Source of the DNA: a virus
Length of the DNA: 64,000 nt
IMG/VR virus record: IMGVR_UViG_3300007511_001396
Location: 1 to 64,000 of that record
Strand: one strand, 5' to 3'
The notes under the pieces are model-generated. The model was not told the DNA's origin and did no database searches. It saw nothing but the letters and a program-made list of their open reading frames with translations. Positions 17,236 to 25,730 of the stretch are shown piece by piece; the first letter of the stretch is position 1, and the number at the start of each line of letters is the position of its first letter. The translations under genes were made by a program, and so were the position numbers.

Positions 17236-18067
17236 ATCTGTAGTGCATGAGATCGAAATTGATCTTTCTGATGACCCAAGGACAGTTGCCATTATTCCTG
17301 GTGCTTTCAAGCCACCGACACGTGCTCATTTGGGCTTAGTTGAATCTTATCTTACTATGGCCGATGAAGTTCTTATTTTAATTTCTGCTCCAACACGTAA
17401 AGGCAGATCGCTGCCTAATGGCAAAGAAGTGACTGCCGAAATCTCTAAACAGATTTGGGAAATGCTCTTATCTTCTGAGGCTCTTATGAATGTCAAGGTT
17501 GAAATATCTCCTCATGCATCACCAATTACTGCGGCATATGAGATGATTGGTGACGATGGACCATTTAAGGTCGGTGATACAATTATTTTGGGAGTTGGCG
17601 ACAAAGGCAATGATCCGAAGAGATTTTCTGGTGCTGGAAAGTATGTGAAAGAAGGCGTTAATTTTAAAGTCATTCCTGGTCAGCTTGATGGCCACAGTCG
17701 TGAATATTTAACCCTTTTGGATTCTTGGGATTCTTATGAACAGATGCCAAGTGCTGGTGGAGGTAACCCAGAGGCGATAAACGCCAGTGATTTACGGTTT
17801 ATTCTCGGAAAAGTTGATGAGGGCGATGATGTTGCTAGGCATTTGCTTGGTGATTTCGTATTTCCGGAGAATGTTGATAAGATTTTGAGTATTTTTGGCA
17901 TTTTGAATAACCTTGGAGAAATGTCGGCAGCAGGTGCTGGCGCTGTTAGTGGTTTTGCGGGGTCGCTTGGGACGATCAAAAAAAGAAAAAATAACTTTAA
18001 AGAGGTTGACGCCTCATTGGTAAATGAAATTTACAAACTATTTATAGAAAAAGGTATTATACAATGA
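17228..18067 (+). CDS. HIGH-superfamily (cytidylyltransferase-like) nucleotidyltransferase
   Basis: IIPGAFKPPTRAH (variant HxGH), GDKGNDPKRF, INASDLR. Confidence 0.7.
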   Translation: MTKSVVHEIEIDLSDDPRTVAIIPGAFKPPTRAHLGLVESYLTMADEVLILISAPTRKGRSLPNGKEVTAEISKQIWEMLLSSEALMNVKVEISPHASPITAAYEMIGDDGPFKVGDTIILGVGDKGNDPKRFSGAGKYVKEGVNFKVIPGQLDGHSREYLTLLDSWDSYEQMPSAGGGNPEAINASDLRFILGKVDEGDDVARHLLGDFVFPENVDKILSIFGILNNLGEMSAAGAGAVSGFAGSLGTIKKRKNNFKEVDASLVNEIYKLFIEKGIIQ

Positions 18068-18891
18068 ACACCAAAGAAGAAAAGATACTTAGAAATAGTA
18101 TACAAGAAATGATTCGCTTTGTCAAGAACAAAAGAGAAAATAAAATATCTTCTACAATTAGGGAAGCTCTCAATTCGGAAATAGCAATCTTACAAGAAGA
18201 AAAAGAACTTCGAATTATTATACGAAAAATGGTAATGTTGGAATCCAAAAAACTGGCAGAAGGTATGCCTGATGGAGATCCGACACCCAACAAATCTACA
18301 GGTATAAATGTATTAGAAGATTTATTAAAGAAGATTATCCCCGTTTTAAAAATTGATTTTAAACTCCTTACTACAAGTTCTGATCAGAGGCATTCGTATC
18401 GAGCGCATATCCTTAGCGCTGTGGTAAAATCTTTATCCCCTGCTATTGCTAATGATGAGGCTGGAGAGTCTTCAAAAAGCGATTTAGACGAAGAAGTTGA
18501 TATTGAAATTGGCGATGAAGAGCCTGTAGATGATAAATTCATTGATATTAGGACTGACGCTGAGCGGGATTCCGAGGACGGCAAACAAGAAGTTGATCCA
18601 CGTGATGAGTTTGGCTCTGGGTTTGAGGGTTCTGATCAGACTGGTCGAAACATGGCCTTCGAATCTTTCAAAAAAGTTGAAACTGGTATCTTAGATGCTT
18701 ATGATTTATTGTCTAATGATGAAGATCAAGAGCTATTTTATGACTATTTGATAGCCAACCTAAAATTGTATTTTGACAAATTTGAGAATGAAATGGCTGG
18801 AGAAATAGAAGAGCCTTCCAATCAAGCATATGATATGGCGAAACAACAGGAAGAACCTGAAATATCAGGCGGTGAAGAGTTAGAATTCTAA
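18064..18891 (+). CDS. Acidic hypothetical protein, likely virion-associated
   Basis: CTATTTA at 18038; ELRIIIRKMVMLES / LAE motifs. Confidence 0.65.
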   Translation: MNTKEEKILRNSIQEMIRFVKNKRENKISSTIREALNSEIAILQEEKELRIIIRKMVMLESKKLAEGMPDGDPTPNKSTGINVLEDLLKKIIPVLKIDFKLLTTSSDQRHSYRAHILSAVVKSLSPAIANDEAGESSKSDLDEEVDIEIGDEEPVDDKFIDIRTDAERDSEDGKQEVDPRDEFGSGFEGSDQTGRNMAFESFKKVETGILDAYDLLSNDEDQELFYDYLIANLKLYFDKFENEMAGEIEEPSNQAYDMAKQQEEPEISGGEELEF

Positions 18892-18921
18892 ATAAACTTT
18901 GTGACAATTTAACTTTTTTAC

Positions 18922-18950
18922 TTGACAAGATTAAAATTGTATAGTACATT
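18922..18950 (+). promoter_or_regulatory. sigma70-type promoter TTGACA-N17-TACATT
   Basis: Consensus -35 in AT-rich intergenic region. Confidence 0.5.
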
Positions 18951-19051
18951 ATAAATGTTGTTGCTAGCATGTGAAAGTTTGTGAAAGTTTAAACTAACAA
19001 TTACATTATAATATATTATATTAATACTATCAAGTATATTATATAAGAAAC

Positions 19052-19408
19052 ATGAAAGTTAAAAAAAATAAAAGATTAAGACCTTTAGAACATTTAAGTG
19101 TTTTAAAAAAACTTAGAAAAGAAGGAAAGATAGATGATAGCTTTCTGGTATGTTTAAATTCTTTAGAATTAGAAGATATAATAGCTATAAAGTTAGAATT
19201 ATCAGCTAGACTATTAAATCACAGACCTTATGGATTTGATATCTGGAAGAAAATACCAAAGATAGTTAAAGAATCAATATTAAAGTTTTCTATCTCTTCT
19301 ACAGCTTCAAAGAAAGCTGCTGCAAGGTTTTTAGGCTTAACATCACCAGAATTTAATTCTTTATATAAGAACTACGATATACAGAAATATTTCGATAAAA
19401 ACACATAA
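19052..19408 (+). CDS. Fis-type helix-turn-helix protein
   Basis: C-terminal SKKAAARFLGLTSPEFNSLYKNYDI. Confidence 0.65.
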   Translation: MKVKKNKRLRPLEHLSVLKKLRKEGKIDDSFLVCLNSLELEDIIAIKLELSARLLNHRPYGFDIWKKIPKIVKESILKFSISSTASKKAAARFLGLTSPEFNSLYKNYDIQKYFDKNT

Positions 19409-19419
19409 TGGAGGTTATT

Positions 19420-20742
19420 ATGAAATGGAAAAGTTTAGCTTTATTAGCATTGCTAGGTTGCGAAGAGGGTAAAATCACTGGTGAAGCCTCCGATGTGGAC
19501 GGAGCAGAGGACTCAGCTGACGAAGGGGCCGAAGAGGAGGCTCCAAAGGCCGTCAACGGTACTATTTCGGGGACGGTGGAAGTTCAGCTTTATCAGTCTG
19601 GCGATGACGGCGAACGGGAGTATGTCTCTTGGGACGAAGCCACTGGGGGAGTTTATATCTTCGGTAGTATTTTTGTATCGAGCTATTTTGTGGACGAAGA
19701 AGGTTTTGAGCACTTTACTGGGGACGCAGTGGTCGAAAACCCCGAAGTCACACCTAACGAATACACCTTGGAAATGGGGCTAGACGACGCAAGAGGTGTT
19801 TATGTGTACTCTATCGTTGATTACTGGCAGGACAGAATTATTGGCTCGTCAGAGCCTAAAGGCGTATACCCGCTAGAAGTTGATGTGGTTAACGGCGCGG
19901 ACGTAACCGACATCGATATGAACATTCTCACCCCTATTTACAGCGGTGGCGGTGGTTGTGGCGGTAGCGGCGGTGGTGGTGGAGAAGGCTCTGGTCTAGC
20001 TAGCAGTATCGAGATCAGCGGGGACGCTTACATCACGATGTCTTACGCTGGCGGTTCAGCCGCAGCAATGATTATGAACAGCAACAACGAAGGGCCTTAC
20101 TGGTACAACTGGTTTACACCAGAGAGCGCTGGTGGTGGAGCTGTTGGATCTTACGGAATGCGTACTTGCTCTGGATATGGCGAGATGCAGTTGGTGGCAG
20201 CTTGGGACTCTAATGGCAACAATATGATTGATCCTACAGACCGCTGGGGTGCATTCGCTCCAACTCCAGACGTAGATGGAAATCCGATTGATATCCAATA
20301 CGAAGACCTAGAAGGCTATGATTTACAGATTCCTCTCGGTGATGGGCCTGGGTTAAATATGGTTCCATTTGTACGCTTAACGGGTGATGTACACATTCCT
20401 GATGCCACTTTTGACGAGCTACCAAGCGGCACTACAGTTTACGTGGCGGCCTTAAAATACCGTCCAGACGGTGAGTTCTCTGTAGCAGAACTTGGTTCGG
20501 CCTACGACTTGGTAACCTATGAGTGGCCTGAATTAACTGGTGAAACCCAAAAGGACTACGCGTTAACGGTTCCAGCCAACACGATTGCGTACTTGTGGGC
20601 ATATGCTGACATGGATGGCAACGGTGTTGTCAACGAGTCCGGTGAGCCAATCGCAAGTGGTGGAGACGAGAATGGAAAAGTCCCAACTGGTACAACGCCA
20701 ACATCATCAAACGATTTAAGTTTGCACACTGCAAACGAATAA
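19420..20742 (+). CDS. Acidic lipoprotein with repeated beta domains and DxDGN-type Ca-binding loops
   Basis: GGAGG RBS; lipobox LLG-C; WDSNGNNMID, ADMDGNGVVNE; Gly-rich linker. Confidence 0.75.
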   Translation: MKWKSLALLALLGCEEGKITGEASDVDGAEDSADEGAEEEAPKAVNGTISGTVEVQLYQSGDDGEREYVSWDEATGGVYIFGSIFVSSYFVDEEGFEHFTGDAVVENPEVTPNEYTLEMGLDDARGVYVYSIVDYWQDRIIGSSEPKGVYPLEVDVVNGADVTDIDMNILTPIYSGGGGCGGSGGGGGEGSGLASSIEISGDAYITMSYAGGSAAAMIMNSNNEGPYWYNWFTPESAGGGAVGSYGMRTCSGYGEMQLVAAWDSNGNNMIDPTDRWGAFAPTPDVDGNPIDIQYEDLEGYDLQIPLGDGPGLNMVPFVRLTGDVHIPDATFDELPSGTTVYVAALKYRPDGEFSVAELGSAYDLVTYEWPELTGETQKDYALTVPANTIAYLWAYADMDGNGVVNESGEPIASGGDENGKVPTGTTPTSSNDLSLHTANE

Positions 20743-20751
20743 ACAATATAA

Positions 20752-21115
20752 GGGGGCGCAATGGTTTCGACTAGGTAAGAGAAACGAATAGTGCAAGTAG
20801 TCTAACGAATAACAGACTTAAAATGTAGTTCAAAAAAATAATTGCTAATAACAATAATTTCTACAACGACGCTGCCTTAGCAGCATAGTAGGGAGGTGCT
20901 TAGAGCCTTCTATCCAATCTAAGCTAAATGCCTGATTCACATTGACGTTATAACGAATCAAAATGGTTACCCTACTTGTAGTAGGTGGACCCAGAGACGA
21001 CATAAGGGTGGTTGAATACTGTCGTAACCTTTGCTGGGATTAGAAACCAGATAAACTTGTGAATGACTTGAAATGGAAATTATTTAGGACAGCGGTTCGA
21101 CTCCGCTCGCTTCCA
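20752..21115 (+). ncRNA. ssrA: tmRNA
   Basis: 5' GGGGGCGCAATGGTTTCGAC; 3' GGACAGCGGTTCGACTCCGCTCGCTTCCA; acceptor stem with G3:U; tag ORF 20844-20888 ANNNNFYNDAALAA*. Confidence 0.95.
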
Positions 21116-21172
21116 ACTCCACCAAAAAACCCGCCGTTTCCATTACTTTAAACTATTTATTATAAAGGAGTA

Positions 21173-21733
21173 ATGGAAATGGCCAAGGTTTTTATAAAGT
21201 GCGAAGTATGTGATTTAGAATTTGAAAGAAAAAGGGGTGAGGTAAACAGAAGTAAGAGATTAGGTAGACCTCAATATTGCTCAAGGAGGTGTTCCGCAAA
21301 GGCGAACGAAGGATCTTTAGGAGAGCATTTAGGCTCGGGCAGACCAGAAAACCTAATAAAAGGAAACCGGAGAGACAAATACTCGGAGTTTAAATGGTTT
21401 ATGAGGTGTATAAGACGAAGAAACAAAGAATACAACGTTGATTTAGAATTCCTAAAAAACTTATGGGAAGAACAATCAGGTATCTGTCCACTAACAGGTT
21501 GGAGCCTAATGTTGCCTAAACACTCAAGCAAATGGAAAACAAAACAAGAAAAACAGTATCGGGCTAGTATCGATAGAATCGACAATTCGAAAGGATATAC
21601 CAAAGGGAATATAAGGTTTATTTCAGTCATGGCGAATTATTGTAAGAACGACTTTACAGATGAAGAGGTTAAACTGTTTTGTGAAGCTGTCGTTAAAAAC
21701 GCCTCCACCTCGTCACCACCTCGTCACCACTAA
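21173..21733 (+). CDS. Free-standing HNH-type homing endonuclease with Zn-finger N-terminus
   Basis: CEVC...YCSRRC; GICPLTG, SIDRIDNSKGYTKGNIRFI...N. Confidence 0.8.
   Translation: MEMAKVFIKCEVCDLEFERKRGEVNRSKRLGRPQYCSRRCSAKANEGSLGEHLGSGRPENLIKGNRRDKYSEFKWFMRCIRRRNKEYNVDLEFLKNLWEEQSGICPLTGWSLMLPKHSSKWKTKQEKQYRASIDRIDNSKGYTKGNIRFISVMANYCKNDFTDEEVKLFCEAVVKNASTSSPPRHH
21708..21730 (+). repeat. 11-bp tandem repeat CCTCGTCACCA x2
   Basis: Visible right after CGCCTCCA at 21700. Confidence 0.8.
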
Positions 21734-21806
21734 CAGGTGACAAAAAAGTCACACACAAACTGACGAATAAGATACTATTTACTTTAGTCAACGGAGACAC
21801 GAGTGA

Positions 21807-22079
21807 ATGATTTCAGAAGAACTATTTTTGCAAGCTGGATTAATAGGAGCAGCCCTTACTGGGTGTTTTTGGGTAATCGGTGTTCATATTTATAGGGCAA
21901 TAATCTTTTCAATGTCGGCCACTAGACAGAAAAAAATAGAAGAAATAAATTTAATAGTTCAAGATTTATTAGATGAAGCAACAAACACTAATCGATGTGA
22001 TATAATTGATATTGAGGAATGTGAAATAGAAATTGTTCCTCATAACAGAAAACAAATAAGGAAAAAAAATGACAGATAA
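21807..22079 (+). CDS. Membrane-anchored hypothetical protein
   Basis: N-terminal TM; GGAG RBS; CTATTTA upstream. Confidence 0.6.
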   Translation: MISEELFLQAGLIGAALTGCFWVIGVHIYRAIIFSMSATRQKKIEEINLIVQDLLDEATNTNRCDIIDIEECEIEIVPHNRKQIRKKNDR

Positions 22080-22248
22080 TAGCGAAATCAAAAATTGGAA
22101 GAACGTAGGGACATTTGATACTTTTCAAGAAGCAAACGAATTACGAGATAATTTAAAAGATAGCTTTGGCGAAGACATTCAAGTAAAAATAAAACGCTGT
22201 GGTCATGCTGGTCTCAGATACCAAGTTAAGACTTATTATGGGGCTTAA
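22069..22248 (+). CDS. 59-aa SPOR-like small protein (not in ORF track)
   Basis: AAGGA RBS; VGTFDTFQEANELRDNLK pattern; abuts the next start. Confidence 0.55.
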   Translation: MTDNSEIKNWKNVGTFDTFQEANELRDNLKDSFGEDIQVKIKRCGHAGLRYQVKTYYGA

Positions 22249-22716
22249 ATGAAAGAAAAGAAAAACAAAACAGTAATGGTATCTGGCGGTATGGATCCTA
22301 TACATTTTGGTCATGTGCGTATGATCCAAGAGGCAGCCAAATACGGCGATGTCATTGTGGTCTTGAATTCAGATAAGTGGCTGTTTAGAAAAAAAGGCTT
22401 TGTTTTTATGAATTACGACCAAAGAGCCGAGATAGCCAACGCCATAAAAGGAGTCACAGTTGTATCAAAAGTAGACGACAAAGATAACACAGTTTGTGAA
22501 GCAATTGAACGCTTGAAACCAGATTATTTTGCAAATGGTGGAGACAGAGGGAGAACAAACACCCCAGAAGTAAATTTATGCAAAGAAATGGGTGTAGAAT
22601 TGTTGTGGGGTATCGGTGGTAACAGTAAGGTTGCCAGTTCAAGCGATTTAGCGTCTAAGGCAAGAAATTCACAGCCACATCCACCCAAAGCCAAAAGAAA
22701 GGTATCAAAAAAGTAA
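22249..22716 (+). CDS. Cytidylyl/adenylyltransferase (TagD/RfaE-like)
   Basis: SGGMDPIHFGH, NSD, FANGGDR, SSS. Confidence 0.85.
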   Translation: MKEKKNKTVMVSGGMDPIHFGHVRMIQEAAKYGDVIVVLNSDKWLFRKKGFVFMNYDQRAEIANAIKGVTVVSKVDDKDNTVCEAIERLKPDYFANGGDRGRTNTPEVNLCKEMGVELLWGIGGNSKVASSSDLASKARNSQPHPPKAKRKVSKK

Positions 22717-22810
22717 TACTATTGCTCTAGCGAAGGTATAGTTACAATAATGCTGGAGAAAACATTTGAAAGACATTGCAGGCACACATCCATTCCAGCA
22801 AGATATTAGA

Positions 22811-23323
22811 ATGAAAGCCTTAAAGTTGGACTCTTCTTATCGGCCAATAGAAATAATAGACGCAATAGAAGCTTTAGTTATGTGCTTAATGGGGAAAGCT
22901 CAAGCTGTTGAATCGTATGATAGAGAAATACGATCTCCGAGTAAATCATTTAAAATACCAGCAGTCGTAGTTTTGAAGCGTTATATTAAGAAAAATAGTT
23001 TATCGGTAACTCCGAATAGATTAAATGTTGTTTGGCGAGACCAAAATCAGTGTCAATATTGTGCGAAGAAATTTAAAACTTGTGATCTGACTATCGACCA
23101 CATCTTGCCTAAGAGCCGAGGCGGCACAAAGTCTTGGACAAATCTTACGACAGCATGCAAAAAATGTAATCAAGCAAAGGGAAATAAAACACCAAGTGAA
23201 TGTGGTATGTACCCTCTACGAAAGCCATCACAACCACAGTCTACAATAATGTTTTATTTGAAAAGGGGTGCTATAAATGATTTATGGCAAGACTACTTAT
23301 GGGAAAAGGTTATGGCTGAATGA
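22811..23323 (+). CDS. HNH endonuclease (McrA-like)
   Basis: RDQNQCQYC, TIDHILPKSRGG, NLTTACKKCNQAKG. Confidence 0.9.
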   Translation: MKALKLDSSYRPIEIIDAIEALVMCLMGKAQAVESYDREIRSPSKSFKIPAVVVLKRYIKKNSLSVTPNRLNVVWRDQNQCQYCAKKFKTCDLTIDHILPKSRGGTKSWTNLTTACKKCNQAKGNKTPSECGMYPLRKPSQPQSTIMFYLKRGAINDLWQDYLWEKVMAE

Positions 23324-24324
23324 TTATCACAACAGAAAGACTTAAACAAATAATAAAAGAAGAGGTCTCACAATATATTGTTGAAGGCGGCAATATTTTC
23401 AAAGGAGAGACCCAAAGCATCCCAAGAGAATCAATTAGGCCAACACTGGAGCGTTATTATAAGATCCTCAAAGATTTATTTCCTCAGAAAGCTGAAGTGT
23501 TCGACAAATTTGAACCTGTTGGCTCTGTGGGTAAAAAACCGGTGTCTGGTGATATTGACATAGCTCTTGACGCCAGAGAGATGTTCGATGGTGGTGAAAT
23601 AAACTCCGAAGAACTAATCAAGTGGAATGTAGACCCGCAACGCTGGGAAGAAGAGTTTCAAAAGATACACAAACGAGCTAGGACAGCATCAGAAAAAATG
23701 TCACGATGGAAAGCCTTTCTTAGATTAGTGGGAGAATACACAGAACAGAATGCTGAAATGATCAAGGTTGCTCCAGCTAAAGTAACTTATAATAATTTGT
23801 TTTCTTTATTCCCACAGTTTGATGTAGATGGTATTGAACAGCCATTTGGCGTTCAGATAGATTGGATGATTGGCGGCATCGAATGGTTGAAGTTTGCTTA
23901 TCACTCAGACCCTCCAGTCGATGGAGAGAACATTAAAGGCTTACACAGAACACAATTAATGTTGGCAATGTTTGGACAAAAGGGATATTCTTTCCAACAT
24001 GGCCGTGGAGTAATAAACAAAGAGACAAAAGAAATTGTGGTTGACACCCCAGAAGAGGCATTAAATCTGTTAGGTAATTTATATCACACCCCCATCACAA
24101 GAGAACAAACAAACAATTATCACAACCTTCATCAATACTTACTACAAAACGCGACAGAAAAAGAATACAATGATGTTATTGATTCTTATTTAAAGATTTT
24201 AGATTACACAAGGGCAGATATCCCATTGGACATTCAAGATAAATGGATCGAAAACAAAGAAAGATTAAAACTAACAGGAAGATATCTTCCAGATGATTCA
24301 AATCTAAAGAGATATGCTATTTAA
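23320..24324 (+). CDS. Pol-beta superfamily nucleotidyltransferase with MIITTERLKQIIKEE leader
   Basis: VGSVGKKPVSGDIDIAL (GS...DxD), VQIDWM third Asp. Confidence 0.75.
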   Translation: MIITTERLKQIIKEEVSQYIVEGGNIFKGETQSIPRESIRPTLERYYKILKDLFPQKAEVFDKFEPVGSVGKKPVSGDIDIALDAREMFDGGEINSEELIKWNVDPQRWEEEFQKIHKRARTASEKMSRWKAFLRLVGEYTEQNAEMIKVAPAKVTYNNLFSLFPQFDVDGIEQPFGVQIDWMIGGIEWLKFAYHSDPPVDGENIKGLHRTQLMLAMFGQKGYSFQHGRGVINKETKEIVVDTPEEALNLLGNLYHTPITREQTNNYHNLHQYLLQNATEKEYNDVIDSYLKILDYTRADIPLDIQDKWIENKERLKLTGRYLPDDSNLKRYAI

Positions 24325-24345
24325 GAATGACAACTCCGAGGTAAT

Positions 24346-25677
24346 ATGTCAGTAAAGAAAAACTATGTGTTAGATACAAGTGTTTATCTAACGGATTCCG
24401 ATTCAATTAATAAATTTAACAATCACGATATCTTCATTCCACTGAAGGTGCTTGAAGAAATAGATAAACACAAAAAGCGACAAGACCAAGTTGGTATTAA
24501 CGCTAGGCAGATTGTTCGTACCCTAGATAGCATACGAGAAAAAGGAAATCTACAGAAGGGAGTGAGACTAGGAAAAGGTAAGGGTATTCTCAGAGTTGTT
24601 TCTTTTGAGAGCTTAAACACTTCAGAGTTTCCAGCTGATTTAGATCTATCAGTTCCCGATCATGTTATCATAGCCACAGCACTTGCGATACAAGCAGAGA
24701 ACCCAAAAAGAAAAATGGTTGTAGTATCACGTGACATCAATATGCGCGTTATTTGCGACTCACTTGGCCTACAAGCAGAAGACTATATTAGCGAGAAGGC
24801 TGTTGTTTCTTCAGAGCAATTGTATCAAGGTATGGTAGTACATTTGGTTGATGATCAATTTGTAGATCGATTTTATGCCGGTGATGAACTTTATATCGAT
24901 GAAGATGAAGCAAAAAGTCAATGGTATCCTAATCAATATATTTTGATGGTGTCTAGTACCAATGAGAAGAAGAGTGCAATAGCACGCTTCTATAACCACC
25001 AGGAGCCTTTGAAAAAAGTAATCCACTCCAAGATATCTGATTGGAAAATAAACTCAAGGAACAAGGAACAGGCGTTCGCTATTGACCTACTATTAGACCC
25101 TACAGTTAAGTTAGTATCATTGGTTGGTAAAGCTGGTAGTGGAAAAACTTTAATAGCATTAGCATGTGGGTTACAACAAGTATTAAATGCCGGCGACAAC
25201 GACTATGATCGTCTCATAGTTGCTCGACCAGTCCAACCCCTTGGCAAAGATATCGGTTTTCTACCAGGTGATGTCAATGAAAAGATGCTCCCTTGGTTGA
25301 TGCCTATTCAAGATAATCTTAAATTCTTAATGGGCGGCAAGACCCCACTTGAGATGTATATGGACAAAGGTAAGATAGAGATTGAGCCATTGACTTATAT
25401 CCGTGGTCGCTCAATAGCAAATGCATTCATTGTCATTGATGAAACACAGAATTTAACAATGCATGAGATAAAAACAATCATAACCAGAATAGGTGAAGGC
25501 TCGAAGATAGTTTTAACCGGAGACGTGGAACAAATAGATAATATCTATGTTAATGAAACATCAAATGGCCTTGCGCACGCTGTAGAAAAGTTCAAAGAGT
25601 ACAGAATCGCTGGTCACGTTACTTTCAAGAAGGGTGAACGCTCCGAGCTTGCTTCACTAGCGGCAAAGGTGTTATAA
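24346..25677 (+). CDS. phoH: PIN-PhoH family ATPase
   Basis: PIN VLDTSV/EEID; Walker A GKAGSGKT; GFLPG; IRGRS; IDETQN; GDVEQID. Confidence 0.95.
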   Translation: MSVKKNYVLDTSVYLTDSDSINKFNNHDIFIPLKVLEEIDKHKKRQDQVGINARQIVRTLDSIREKGNLQKGVRLGKGKGILRVVSFESLNTSEFPADLDLSVPDHVIIATALAIQAENPKRKMVVVSRDINMRVICDSLGLQAEDYISEKAVVSSEQLYQGMVVHLVDDQFVDRFYAGDELYIDEDEAKSQWYPNQYILMVSSTNEKKSAIARFYNHQEPLKKVIHSKISDWKINSRNKEQAFAIDLLLDPTVKLVSLVGKAGSGKTLIALACGLQQVLNAGDNDYDRLIVARPVQPLGKDIGFLPGDVNEKMLPWLMPIQDNLKFLMGGKTPLEMYMDKGKIEIEPLTYIRGRSIANAFIVIDETQNLTMHEIKTIITRIGEGSKIVLTGDVEQIDNIYVNETSNGLAHAVEKFKEYRIAGHVTFKKGERSELASLAAKVL

Positions 25678-25684
25678 TTTTTAT

Positions 25685-25713
25685 TTGACATTCTATTGAC
25701 AACCTGTTATAAT
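25685..25713 (+). promoter_or_regulatory. Perfect sigma70 promoter TTGACA-N17-TATAAT, extended -10
   Basis: Exact consensus upstream of 25731. Confidence 0.85.
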
Positions 25714-25730
25714 ATTATTACGGAGAGAAA

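Noticed and set aside
21085-21124. Stand-alone tRNA
   Set aside because: T-arm and acceptor pair with the 5' end at 20752 and enclose a tag ORF; this is tmRNA
21116-21709. Group I intron in tmRNA carrying the HNH
   Set aside because: T-loop is intact and the flanks of the ORF are too short for a ribozyme core
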